The translations under genes and the position numbers were made by a program. DNA of 64,000 nt from Macrostomum lignano (Eukaryota), in assembly GCA_002269645.1 (NCBI GenBank), contig NIVC01000024.1:1-64000 (forward strand), read 5' to 3'. Shown piece by piece: positions 21,201 through 34,104 of the stretch (within the stretch, counting starts at the first letter, position 1; each line of letters starts with the position of its first letter). The notes under the pieces were generated by a model. That model had not been told where the DNA came from. It saw only the letters and a program-made list of their open reading frames with translations, and made no database searches.

Positions 21201-22134
21201 CAAAGTACGAGCGTAACTTGCCCAACACTGATGGCGACACAGCTAGCAACAGACCAGCTCGATCGGGGATCTCCCGAGTAATAAAATCAAGAAAAAGCAG
21301 TCAATAAATCAAATCTCTTCTTACAGCTTTCATTCAATTGAATATTATACTCGTATTTACATGTAGCCTCATCTACCCTGTTGTTTCACCTGCCCAGAGC
21401 TGCACAAGCGAACCAAGTCATTGCTAAACTGCACAGAGCGGAGCTATCCAAGACCGGACCATCACGCTGACATCATCAACTGCTATAACTGGTCAGCTAC
21501 TGGAGTCTACGGTAAACCCAACGTTTCCCTACTGGCATCCGTCAGCAACGACGCGGCCATGGCGTGCGCGAAGCGCCGGCCATGCAAGGAGAAGTCGTAC
21601 AGTTTGGCAAGGTCAACGGGCACCTGGCCGACAGGAACTGACAATCGAAACATGCTCGGCACTTTGCGACTGCTGTTGGCCCAAACCAAGCCTAGTAGTT
21701 TAGCGGCCCCACTAATCAGCTATTTCTATTCAATGCTGGACAATATTAGTCTGGTTAATTCCACCGATTCCCAGCTCCGACAGCGGCTGCTACTGGACTT
21801 CAACGAGCAGCTGCAATCGCAGGTCCTGTCCGTGAGGCTGAGCAGTACAGAGCAGCTCAGCAACGGACTCGTTGTGACTCTGGCCTACACAGGAATCAGC
21901 TTTTTCGCCGAAGTGGGCGGTCTGTCCGGTCTCTATCTGGGCTGCTCCGTGCTCACCTTTGTTGAAGTGCTCGAACTGGCGCACAATCTTCTAGGAGCGG
22001 CTTTTGCCTGCAAGAAGTCTTCTTCGTCGGCTAAGGTTGGACAAGCGTCCGAGAGTGTGAGATCGACTATGGATAGTGCTAATAACAGTAGCCAGGAGGG
22101 CGTGTTTGTTGAGAGTTTGGAGAAAAATTCTTGA
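18296..22134 (+). CDS. DEG/ENaC (ASIC/degenerin-like) sodium channel subunit, 2 coding exons (18296-19265, 21398-22134), about 568 aa
   Basis: ETTAHG pre-TM1 motif, TM1, FPDVYIC, Cys-rich thumb CKEKSY...WP, TM2 GGLSGLYLGCSVLTFVE. Phase-1 GTGAGT donor matches the CCCAG acceptor. The start could be further upstream (frame open from 18218). Confidence 0.85.
20014..21230. mobile_element. Non-autonomous hAT-type DNA transposon (1217 bp) in the ENaC intron
   Basis: Perfect 13-bp TIR CAGTGTTGGGCAA; 8-bp TSD ATGGCGAC (20006-20013, 21231-21238); inverted subterminal CCGGYACTT/AAGTRCCGG motifs. Confidence 0.9.
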
Positions 22135-22771
22135 ATTTTGTGCTCTCGTTTGATTGAGCATAAATGACATGCACTGCTGCATATTGGAATGCCTCTAACC
22201 AAACATTTACAGCACATGAGACTGAGACATTTGGAGTGACACTATGTGAGTAGGAGTGACACTCTAACTGCATATTGCATAAAAAGCTGTTATGATTTTG
22301 TGGGACTGACGCTTACATGTATTATTTATTCAATCCACTTTCCCTTCCTCGCAGCGGCTTAGTTGCGTAACTTAAGGACTGAATTGTGAGTGAGAAGTTG
22401 TCACAATTAGTGAGAAAATTTTCATCTCGCTTGGATGGTGGAACTTTTGACTGTTGCTGAGTATACATCGGGCTCTATCAGCCATCAGACAGACTAAAGC
22501 CAGGCCTTCGTAGCATACTCAATTGATTCACTAGTGTTATGGTGATGCGTTTTATTGCAAACGTTACTCTCTGAGTTGTGCATCTTGTAAAGGGATGAAT
22601 TCTGTACAGGATGGCGAAAACCAGCCTTCTATGTTCAATAGTTCAATAGCATTGCGGCTGCACAGACTTAGGGCAGTGAGTCCCAACGCCTGGCAGTATC
22701 TGTAACATACTTGTGTAAGCATAGTCCGATTGTGGAGCGGCGGACCGAACCGACCACAGCCAACACATAGG

Positions 22772-23368
22772 ATCGAGTGACACTGAGTCAGTAGGAGTGA
22801 CACTGAGTCAGTAGGAGTGACACTGAGTCTGTAGGAGTGACACTGAGTCTGTAGGAGTGACACTGAGCCATTATGAGTGACACTGAGTCAGTAAGGGGGA
22901 CAGAGAGTCGGTAGGAGTGACACTGAGTCTGTAGGAGTGAAGCTGTGCCAGCAAGGGTGACACTGAGCCATTAGGAGTGATACTGAGTCAACTGGAGTGA
23001 TACTAAGTCAGTAAGGGTGACAGAGAGTCGGTAGGAGTGACACTGAGTCAGTAGGAGTGACACTGAGTCAGTAGAAGTGAAACTGAGTCAATAGGAGTGA
23101 CACTGAGACATTAATGAGTGACACTGAGTCAGTAAGGGTGACACTGAGTCGGTAGGAGTGACACTGAGTCAGTAGAAGTGACACTGAGTCAGTAGAAGTG
23201 AAACTGAGTCAATAGGAGTGACACTGAGCCATTAGGAGTGACACTGAGTCAATGGAGTGATACTAAGTCAGTAAGGGTGACAGAGAGTCGGTAGGAGTGA
23301 CACTGAGTCAGTAGGAGTGACACTGAGTCAGCAAGGGTGACACTAAGTCAGCAGGGGTGACACTGAGT
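22772..23368. repeat. 20-bp minisatellite (GAGTGACACTGAGTCAGTAG), about 30 units
   Basis: Direct inspection; orphan units also occur at about 22215-22270. Confidence 0.95.
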
Positions 23369-24991
23369 CGCAAGGATGCCACAGCAGACGAAAATAACAA
23401 AACAAAATTAACAACCAGCGACACGTTGCTTTACCTTAATTTGGAGTCAATAAGCTTCTATTCCTGCTAAGCCGTTCATCCGAGCCAGCCACTGATGTGA
23501 CCAAGCACAGCTCTCTCTCTTTATATATATTTATTGATCTGACGATCATATCTGGGCAAATAAGTTTGGCCAGACAAATTTAACACCGAAGAGCTGTGTT
23601 CGGACAATCAGTTCGCCTGGGTCAGTGCCTTCTACATGGGGGAGGGGAGAGCAGGTCGGCAGTGAGAAGAGCAATGGCGCTGCTGCAGCTACTTGCATGG
23701 TTTTCCAGTCCACTTGGCCCGCCGTGTCCGCATCCCAATTTGTATTATAGTTTGAGCCGCGGCGGAGGCTGAGGAGGGGCTGATGAGGGAGGAGGGAGGG
23801 CTCTGATGGTCATAATACAAACTCAACGTAGGAGGAAAGAGTAGTCATATAAATTTGACAGGTTTATGCTCAGCACGCCTGGGGCTTCCGTGAGCTGCCG
23901 AGAGAAGTTCTTTGTTTCTATGGGGGATGGGGGGAGCGGAGCTGAAGGGAGGGGAGTGGAGGGGAGCAGAAAAGCTGACATGGGGCTCGCGTGGAGGTCT
24001 GAAAGGAGCCTCTGGAGTGGAAACAGACCCGACTGTCTCAAAAAATGACAATTTTGTTCCCCGGACTCAACTGCAATGCGTTACTATTGTTTGCTTAGGT
24101 TTTGTCTGTTTAAACTAGAAATCACCAACATTTGCTCCGAAGTTGGTTAAACAAAACAAACAGTTTATTGATTTTTGAATTCTCAAAGGCGACTTTGGAG
24201 ACTTTGTTTCTTGGAAAGTTTTGAAGGCTGAATTTTATTAACATGTATTCGTGTAAAAAGTTACCGCTTTTTAACTTATTATTTTTGAAAAGTTAAAAGC
24301 TAGAAAACAGATGCTCTTGGCCATGTGTTTCCAGTCCAGACGTCTAGAGTTCTAGTATTCCATGCCATGCCATCGTGAGGGAAGATATACACGATTGCTC
24401 CAATGGAATACTAGCAAACAAACCCAGCGCGGTAGAGTCGGCAAACATCAAAGAGACGCCCGCGCAGCTGGGGGGGGTCTAGCGGTGGCTGCTCATTGTC
24501 TCTGCTCAGACAATGAATCTGAATGGCAATCGCCCGCTGCTTCTGCGACAGACGGCAAAAAAGCATAGCAGAAATCGACTCTACCATGCAGGTGTAGGGG
24601 AGGGGAAAAGTCATCAATCAGTCATCCCCCGCGCTCTTCTTGGCCTGCAATTCAAATTCATTGCTTTTTATTCTCTGTTGGAATAAAAAAATAATAATTA
24701 ATTTGTTGCATTGACTCTCCTTTACCTGCTGGTAGGGTGTTTCTATTGAAAAATTAAGGCTGTCGGAAGCTTCTTTCATCGCCATGAAATGAAGATCCTT
24801 GTTAATTTGATTCTGTTTGGCTCTCAGCTCATGGCATAATAATAATGTCTACGAGTTAGCTACTCGTAGATAATGATTAAAACTTCATGTTATAACAGCC
24901 TTTTTTATCCACACTTAAGAGAATGTGAACTTAAAAGTCAAGATGGAGCCTGAAGCATTTGGGGATCTCTGTGGAGAGAAATGGGAGAAAT

Positions 24992-26051
24992 GGGGATTTC
25001 ATGCGAACTTAAGGCTCTAGAATGGAGCCTGAAGCATTGGGTCCCGAGCTTGAAATGCTTAACTGACGAGATGACAATAATAAACGCTCTGTTTATGTTT
25101 GTATGAAAAACAGGAGCGATAACGATGCCCCATTATGTTATCTCTTAATAATGTTTATGTTATCCCCCCCCCAATCCAGCTCTCATTGTGTTTCACCGCC
25201 TTGATGGATACATAAATAGCGTCAAGGAAGTTTGTTTCACAAATTTTAGACAGACGATTTCTACCTCGACGAAGTGGAGGTTAACCCGACGTTTCCCCAA
25301 TTGCTGCTAAAGTGGTCGGTTTTCGGCATAACAGGAACCTTTTGGCTCCAAATTAAGGGATGGGCGTACAAGGACTACTCAAGTAGCATATACAGGACGC
25401 AACACTCGAAATCTATGGTAAATGTTTTGAAGGCAACTTTTCGCCGAAAAATACACTACAGAGATAGGAGGTTTTCATTTTTTCAGCACAAAAATTGTTA
25501 TTGCTTTTGATAGGAGGCAGATCCAGTGTTCATTGTAGGCACCTGCTGCCCAGTGCTTGCATAATAAGTGATTTTAGTCCTGGTGTGCATTTCCGATGTA
25601 CATCCAATATTCTTGGCTTTCTGTTTTTAATGTTCGCAGTCTCAACTGCAGGGTCGCTGCTAAATATACGAGTATAAATCGATCGCACAGAGCCTACAAT
25701 AGATTGAGGCTTTATCGGCTTCACACAACACATAACTTTCTCTCAGCTTCGCTCTCCACATTCATCTTTTGATATGTTGTGCCTTTCTTATTGCTCTATC
25801 GATATTCATAAACTATTCTTTCAGAAATCATATTAGTTTTAATTAAAGGCAGGTTTCACCGGAAAAATACACTACGGAGATAGGAAATTTCATGATTTTC
25901 AACACTAAAGCAGAGATTGGGTCTCTCAACAGTGTCAGAGAAAGTCCTAATCTACTTACATTGTCCTTGTGGGCGTAGAGAAATCGGGACCCAATGCTTC
26001 AGGCTCCAGAAGTTCCAACTTCAGGAATTTGAGCCTGAAGTTCACATCCCC
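24992..26051. mobile_element. Degenerate TIR element
   Basis: GGAGCCTGAAGCATTGGGTCCCGA (25024-25047) is inverted at 25984-26007; outer GGGGAT...ATCCCC ends; no convincing TSD. Confidence 0.4.
25413..25523 (+). repeat. Dispersed repeat (inverted copy at 57390-57498; partial copies at about 19305-19375 and 25760-25910)
   Basis: TGTTTTGAAGGCMACTTTTCRCCGAAWAATACACTAC...TTTTGATAGGAGGCAGA is shared between the copies. Confidence 0.65.
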
Positions 26052-26360
26052 TTTGCTAGTTGCGCACGCGTTATATTTAATTTTTCGCCGCACAAATAAT
26101 CATCAAGTATCTATTTCTAAAGCGTGATTTAGCAGCGCAATGTATTCAAAAGATTTCACCCTCTATAGATAATAAGCCACGAAATGTTCTGCTAATTTTT
26201 ACTCCCACGGTCTCTGACTTGCTACAGAGAGTCTGAAGCGTAGCTATTTTTGCGCATGAATTGCTACTTATATCATTAAAAAGAGAGTCGCAAATTTAAT
26301 AAAAAGGCTGCTTTATGCTGCGGGGTTGTAAAATAGACATTTTCTGACGATACTTGGAAA

Positions 26361-28493
26361 ATGCAGCAGCGATCTACGAGTGTCTCAGCAGCTGCTGTTT
26401 TCTTGCTAACTCTGCTTCTGAGCGGAGCAGCAAGCCAGAAGTCTTTGCCAACAGCCTGCACAGCCGATGCGGAGTGTCCTCAGCTGCTGCTCAGTCGCCT
26501 CACCGCCTGGATGAACCGCAAGGCCGAGCCGTGCGACAATTTCTACGAGTTTGCATGCGGCAACTTCAGCAACGCTGTACGAAGCCCCAACAACCAGCTC
26601 AGGATGCAGAGCCTCGCTGACAGTGACATCAGCCAGCGTCTGGTTGATCTCATCCAGGGCAACCAGACGGTCGCGAGTCATTCGGATCCGACAGTCGATC
26701 GCCTGTACCAATTCGTGCGAGAGTTTGGCGAACACTGCAACGACTTCCGGAGACTTCTGAAATCACCAACTGGAGCTCAGGATGCCAGTGTCTACCAGAA
26801 CTTTGCAGCGGTTCTGCTAAGCCAGCTGGAAGAGGAAATCTTGTCAAGCGGGCAAAACTTAAGCGCAGAAGTTCTACTAGCGGCGCTGGTGAAGCACAAT
26901 CCGAGTGGTCGGTTCAGCTTAAGGCTCCACTCGAAGACACTGATAGAAGCTGTCAGTCATCTTGAAAAAATATTGCCATTGGTGCCTAGTCTTCATGCAA
27001 ATTGTAAGATTTCTGGGTTAATATTTGGTTACGATGACTATTTTAAATATTTTCTCAGTAATATTAATTCGAAGAGCCGGTTATATTTAAGCAGAGCAGC
27101 ATTCCTGGCCGTAAGTCGGTATGCAGAAAGTTGTTGCAATTCAAATGTGCCGTTGAGTTTAAGGGGCTGCTTCCGGGAGAGCCCTGATGGAATGTACACA
27201 GTTGAAGAACTGGACAGAATCACGAAATGCGCCTCCAAGCAGCTCGAACCGTTCATCTGGACGAAATTTTTCGAGCGCTTACTCGACAATGACGACAATG
27301 TGGGAAAGCGAGTGGTTCACGTGACTGATGTGCCTCAGTTAGTCAAGTTCGTCATGCTGGTAAAGAGTGCAACTGTTGGAATTGACGATCTGCTAGATTC
27401 TAGCTTGATCAGATTCCTGATTCTGGACTGGCTTTCCCAATTATCACACCAGGTAGCTTTCGCTCCATCATGCGCAGTTTTGATGCAAAATAGTCTCGGA
27501 AGTATTGTATCCAGTATGTTTTACGCCAAGTACTTTTACCCAGGAACTATCCAAGATGTAGAGAGTATTGTCACCGAACTTGTAAACGTAACCGCGCGTC
27601 AAATTCAACGCAGTCCTCTGCTATCCGCTGCCGGAAAAGAGGTCCTGCTGCGCAGGCTCACCGAACAACTGCAATACAGCATCGGGTACAACCAACTATC
27701 TACGTCAGAGATGAAGAGACTTCATCAAACTTTAATTGACTTTCTGCAGATTATTGACTCTAGTAATACTACTACATCCACAAGTAGCCACTTCAGTCAG
27801 TTGCTGTGGGCATTAACCGAAGCACGCTGGTTTTACAATGTGAAAATGTTACTCACCGGTGAACGAAATCTTTCAGCTTTTGATAACACGGACCCTTTCA
27901 AAGCGAATGCATTCTTGTACTCTGGCGAGTCACATCCCGGCTATAACCTGGTGGTACCTCTGGCCTATATGTGGCCTTTATTCTACCACACTGCGCTGCC
28001 TCGCTACATCAACATTGGTAGCATTGGATCTACAATTGCGCACGAGATCGGGCACATATTTCACGATCAAGAACTCATCCAGTGGCTGAACCTCACCGCG
28101 CAGAAGGAGTGCCTTGTACGCCAATATTCTCAGCTTCATAGTAGACTGTTCAACTCAAATGATGCAGCTAACACGTTCAGTGAAGACTTTAGCGACACAG
28201 TCGGCATTCGAATTGCATCCGAGGCTGCGAAGAGAAGCATCATGGAAGCTACAGCGATGCCAGACCACCCAGAGGATCTCGGGCTCACCAGGGAGCAGCA
28301 GTTTTTTGTGCTCGCGGCGCAGCAGTTCTGTTCAGAAGAATCGCCTCACCTTTTTGAAGGTCTGGTTGAGCAGCTCAGTGTGGCCAGTGTTCGAGTCAAT
28401 GGTCAGATGATGAATAGCGGCGAGTTTGCTCACCAGTTCGGTTGCAGACCAGGCGATCGAATGAATCCAATTGTAAAGTGCGTGTTTTGGTAA
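26361..28493 (+). CDS. Secreted M13 (neprilysin/ECE-like) metallopeptidase, intronless, 710 aa
   Basis: Signal peptide, PCDNFYEFACG, NAF, HEIGH zinc motif, EDFSD third ligand, EF...FGC...MNP..KC.FW terminus. Confidence 0.92.
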   Translation: MQQRSTSVSAAAVFLLTLLLSGAASQKSLPTACTADAECPQLLLSRLTAWMNRKAEPCDNFYEFACGNFSNAVRSPNNQLRMQSLADSDISQRLVDLIQGNQTVASHSDPTVDRLYQFVREFGEHCNDFRRLLKSPTGAQDASVYQNFAAVLLSQLEEEILSSGQNLSAEVLLAALVKHNPSGRFSLRLHSKTLIEAVSHLEKILPLVPSLHANCKISGLIFGYDDYFKYFLSNINSKSRLYLSRAAFLAVSRYAESCCNSNVPLSLRGCFRESPDGMYTVEELDRITKCASKQLEPFIWTKFFERLLDNDDNVGKRVVHVTDVPQLVKFVMLVKSATVGIDDLLDSSLIRFLILDWLSQLSHQVAFAPSCAVLMQNSLGSIVSSMFYAKYFYPGTIQDVESIVTELVNVTARQIQRSPLLSAAGKEVLLRRLTEQLQYSIGYNQLSTSEMKRLHQTLIDFLQIIDSSNTTTSTSSHFSQLLWALTEARWFYNVKMLLTGERNLSAFDNTDPFKANAFLYSGESHPGYNLVVPLAYMWPLFYHTALPRYINIGSIGSTIAHEIGHIFHDQELIQWLNLTAQKECLVRQYSQLHSRLFNSNDAANTFSEDFSDTVGIRIASEAAKRSIMEATAMPDHPEDLGLTREQQFFVLAAQQFCSEESPHLFEGLVEQLSVASVRVNGQMMNSGEFAHQFGCRPGDRMNPIVKCVFW

Positions 28494-28685
28494 ATTTAAG
28501 AACGCAGGAACCTCACGTGCTGACAGATTACGCTTAATTATTATTGACAATTTTCTGTATACTCTTCAATACTTGTTATCGTGAAAAAGTAATTATTTTG
28601 CTAAACTATCGCTTTTGAATCAGGTAAAGTGGCTCGCTTGGCAAATAAAATAAAAAGAAATCCGAAAATCAACATGTGGTTTTTT

Positions 28686-28719
28686 CGACGCGTTTCGCAC
28701 ACCAAGGTGCATCGTCAGG
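28686..28719 (-). ncRNA. Minimal type I hammerhead ribozyme (PLE-type), left copy
   Basis: Minus strand C-CTGACGA-TGCACCTTGGTGTGC-GAAAC-GC-GTC|G: complete core, stem II GCAC/GTGC, palindromic ACGCGT stem III. Confidence 0.75.
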
Positions 28720-29189
28720 TATATTGTTTGAAACGAAAGGTGTGAGTAAGCAAATTTATAAATTATTTGTCTATGAAACGTATGTAGCTGGTGATGAGTA
28801 AGTATTTTGTATGTACAGAGTAGAAGGAGGTTGATAGTCCGTAGGGCGGGGCGAAGACCAATAGGCAGAAAACGAAATATAATTGAATGAGCACTGGTTA
28901 CAACAAGGTCAGCAAGGTCAGTGCTCTCTCACTCAGAATACACGGAGAACATGGCCTGCACTACTATGTTGGAGTTGCGTATTAAGGGTGGGCGACTGGT
29001 TTTTAGGTACAAGGCTTCTAAGATCTTGAGCTTGTGATCAGATGGGCATTGGTCGATGATTTTAAAACGTTCTTCAGGTGTACAATTAGAGTAACTGTTA
29101 CATTCCAAAAGGTGGGTTTGGACCAAGAAATTAGATTCCTGACCAAAATGCTCCAACAAAACGGTTACCCATCTGCCTTCATCCACCAC

Positions 29190-29302
29190 CACCAACAACA
29201 ACAACAACAAAATACGCTGTCAGGATGGCAAAAGTCAGCGTCACAGGGCACGCTTCATGGCTTGGGCGCGAACAAAGGCCGCGCCACCGGCAGTGTCCGG
29301 TT
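29190..29302 (-). mobile_element. 113-bp retroposed insertion with (TTG)n tail
   Basis: 13-bp direct repeat CTTCATCCACCAC at 29177-29189 and 29303-29315; (CAA)n run at its left end on the plus strand. Confidence 0.6.
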
Positions 29303-30076
29303 CTTCATCCACCACAACATCCACAAATTCATTTCTGAAAGAATGAATAACCTAAAAGTTTCCAAACCTGACCACATTGACATTAGTGAACCAACCCTCA
29401 TTCTCCCTTTCTTTGGCCATCCTTCTCTCACCTTCAAAAACAGGATTTGCAAATTATTCCACAACTCTTTCAACAGCCAAATTCGCGTTATTTTCCGCTC
29501 TTCCAAAGTTGGCAGTTTTGTCGGTCGGTTAAAGTCACGTGTACCCCCTGCTCTGCGTGCAGGTGTTGTCTACTGTTTCAACTGCTCTGTTGACCAGAGC
29601 GTCTCCTACGTGGGGAAGACCAAAAGACACCTGCACACTAGAACCAGGGAGCACTGGCTCAAACCGTCGGCCATCCAAACCCACCTTTTGGAATGTAACA
29701 GTTACTCTAATTGTACACCTGAAGAACGTTTTAAAATCATCGACCAATGCCCATCTGATCACAAGCTCAAGATCTTAGAAGCCTTGTACCTAAAAACCAG
29801 TCGCCCACCCTTAATACGCAACTCCAACACAGTGGCGCAGGCCATGTTCTCCGTGTATTCTGAGTGAGAGAGCACTGACCTTGCTGACCTTGTTGTAACC
29901 AGTGCTCATTCAATTATATTTCGTTTTCTGCCTATTGGTCTTCGCCCCGCCCTACGGACTATCAACCTCCTTCTACTCTGTACATACAAAATACTTACTG
30001 ATCACCAGCTACATACGTTTCATTGACAAATAATTTATAAATTCGCTTACTCACACCTTTCGTTTCAAACAATATA

Positions 30077-30110
30077 CCTGACGATGCACCTTGGTGTGGG
30101 AAACGCGTCG
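30077..30110 (+). ncRNA. Minimal type I hammerhead ribozyme (PLE-type), right copy
   Basis: C-CTGACGA-TGCACCTTGGTGTGG-GAAAC-GC-GTC|G; predicted cleavage after 30109. Confidence 0.7.
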
Positions 30111-30903
30111 AAAAAACCACATGTTGATTTTCGGATTTCTTATCACTTTTGAATTTGAAGAGACAGTGAGGGAGAGTGTAGCAATGGGACCGCGTGGTAT
30201 TTAGACAGAGAAGAGTCAGTGTAGGACTTTAATTAATTTCTTAACCACATTAACCACAAGTAACCACGATGGAATCGAAATATCGAAATAAATATCTATA
30301 TATCTAAATATATAAATATATCTAATATCGACAAGCATCGAAATATCCACAAAAAATTCGATTCAAACAAACAAAAATTGATTAATAATTTTGTTTACGT
30401 CAGCTTCGTTCGTGCCTGGACTTGTTTTGACATTGCATTCACTGATCACGATCTATTGAAGTTTAATGAAATTTCTGTTGATAATAACTCGCAGTGGATG
30501 TAATAAGCTAAAAAAGAGGCTAAAGAAAACACAAAAAGAATAATGCATGCTAGCAGCTAAAAGGTGTTTTCCTTCAGTTGGTCTGTTTAATTAAGTATGC
30601 AGATTGTGCGTAACGGAGTGACCCCGAGGACCTGAAAATTTTCAGAAAAATATGTTGCCTCTGCTCAAGGCCCGGACTTATTAAGTTACTTCTGCTGAAA
30701 CTAGGAAGTGAATACAAGACAATGACGGGTTCTTCACCAGGGTAGTTTTCCGCGTGTACAATGTACCATCATGTATAGCAGGGGTCAGAAAGGATTCCAT
30801 CATCTATAGCACGGGTTGACAGTCTTAGACATAAAACGACAGGAAAGGTGGTAACGTGCACCCTTCCACGCTAGAAACAGTCGAAACTTTCTCAGAGGCG
30901 CAG

Positions 30904-32819
30904 TCAAACTGGTCGTCCATAGATCTGCCTGGGCGTCAGTCTGTACTCGCACCGCTGCCTCTGACTTGCTGTTAGTCGCTGCTGAAACAGCAACACCTGT
31001 CTCTGATGCTGACGTCGCCTCAGCCGCTTCCGCTGCTGCCGCTGTCGAAGACGCCTCTGAAGACGTCCAGAGCAGCACATGAGCAGCTGCAGCAGCCAGC
31101 GACGCATTTCGTTGCGAAATCGGCCTCCAAGGACCAGGTAGAAGACCCAGTTGCTAGCATTGTTGGCGTACATCAGTATGGACAGGGCCCGTTCGAAAAT
31201 GTTCAGAGTAACCAATTCCCCTAGCTCCGTTGGTGCCGACGGTTGAGCATAGTTTCTGGCCAAGAGCAGCAGCTCGTAGGGCAGGGCGAACACCAGGAAG
31301 CTGCAGTTCATACCGATCAGGATCAGCCCAACCCGACGGCGCTGCTGATTTAATCTGCGACTGGCTTCGTCAACTTGATGATTGAAAGTTCGGCGGAACC
31401 TGTACAGACTGTACAGCATGACGGCCGTGCTGACGGTAAGGCAAGCTGCCGGTAGCAGGACTCGAAGAGTTATACTACTGTAGTAGTATCCTTGGGAGTT
31501 CGATCTTGGCTGGCAGCTGCCTTGCCCTGGTCCGGTCGAGTTGCTGCTGACCCTGAACTCCAAAGTGCTGGGCACCACGCAGGCAACCGCCAGCATTGAG
31601 GCGGCCAGAGTGACAGTCAAAGCTTGACGAGAACTGCGATCACTGACTGGCAGTACGATTGACAAGCAGCGTAGAAGGGAAATACCAACCTGAGCATGAA
31701 TCGATGGCTAATTATCAGCTAAAACATAAAAGAGCATCGACTTTAAGACGAATTGGTAAAGCTACTGACCTGAACCCAACTGGAAGCCAGTAGGGTGAAC
31801 AGCTGCAGAGTCATGATGCCGTAGCAGCAGGCTGCATTCCATTTCCTGGGATCGAGCTCCTTCACTCCTGAGCCGTCCAGGGCAAGCAGCACCTATTAGT
31901 TGTCCAAGTTCAAGTCAGGAGAGCATCAATAATAGATATGGTTGTGATGACGTGTTCTGTTGGTTGTGGTGACGTGTTCTGCTGGTTGTGGTGACGTGTT
32001 CTGCTGGTTGTGATGACGTGTTCTGCTGGATGTGATGACGTGTTCTGTTGGTTGTGATGACGTGTTCTGTTGGATGTGGTGACGTGTTCTGTTGGTTGGG
32101 ATGACGTGTTCCGTTGGGTGGGATGACGTGTTCTGCTGGTTGTGATGACGTGTTGTGCTGGATGTGATGACGTGTTCTGTTGGTTGTGATGACGTGTTCT
32201 GCTGGATGTGATGACGTGTTCTGTTGGTTGTGATGACGTGTTCTGTTGGTTGTGGTGACGTGTTCTGTTGGTTGTGGTGACGTGTTCTGCTGGTTGTGGT
32301 GACGTGTTCTGCTGGTTGTGATGACGTGTTCTGTTGGTTGTGGTGACGTATTCTGTTGGTTGTGGTGACGTGTTCTGTTGGTTGGGATGACGTGTTCCGT
32401 TGGGTGGGATGACGTGTTCTGCTGGTTGTGATGACGTGTTCTGCTGGTTGTGATGACGTGTTCTGCTGGTTGTGATGACGTGATCTGTTGGTTGTAGAAT
32501 GTTTTGTTGAATAATTTGCCGCTCTCACCTGCACAATGTTAGCATACAGCAGCGCCAGGCCCACGCTGAGCACGCCAATGTCCAGCAGGCAGAGCGCTAT
32601 AAACCAGGGCCTGGCGAGCTCCCGTCTGGTGCAACGGCTACGGAGAAGCACCAGAGCGCACAGGGCGCTGCCGCAACAGCCTAGCAGGTACAGAACCGGC
32701 ACCACCCAGACGAAGGCCAGTCGATAGGCCAAGGACAGGGCGCGGATTGCGGAACTGTCCAAGGCGCTGCCCGGCTCTGCACCATCCTTGACATCCTGAA
32801 TTGTATCATTGTCTGGCAT
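30904..32819 (-). CDS. Class A (rhodopsin-like, peptide-receptor-type) GPCR, 3 exons (32819-32529, 31892-31770, 31689-30904), 399 aa
   Basis: Seven hydrophobic segments; TM1 LGCCGSAL, TM2 LCLLD, TM6 FLVFALP, TM7 NNASNWVFY followed by RFR. All junctions are GT-AG, phase 0. Confidence 0.85.
31939..32495. repeat. About 22-bp minisatellite in GPCR intron 1
   Basis: TGGTTGTGATGACGTGTTCTGY units. Confidence 0.92.
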
Positions 32820-33017
32820 GGCACCGGACTTGTGTTTAAGTCAAGATGATTCAAAGTACAGCCTAAAACTTTGGTTTCACTTTTTTTCGTCTGAGCTCCG
32901 TGTTTTATCTGAGATGGATATCTACTAATACGGCAGATCTTAAACTAGGGCACCGGCCAATCACGAGGCAGATGGGCTAAACTCAAAGTAGGATGTAGCT
33001 AGAGACAAGGTACTTTA

Positions 33018-34104
<1,087 letters not shown>

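Larger units (their letters stand above)
28655..30141 (+). mobile_element. 5'-truncated Penelope-like element (GIY-YIG) with inverted 468-bp duplication of its 3' end
   Basis: MLQQNGYP..FI linker, GVVYCFNC...YVGKTKRHLHTRTREH GIY-YIG core, LKILEALY. 28655-29122 is the near-identical reverse complement of 29674-30141. Confidence 0.9.

Noticed and set aside
31926-32528. His/Thr/Gln-rich C-terminal half of ORF 31926-32819
   Set aside because: Intronic minisatellite read-through past the GTGAGA donor at 32528.
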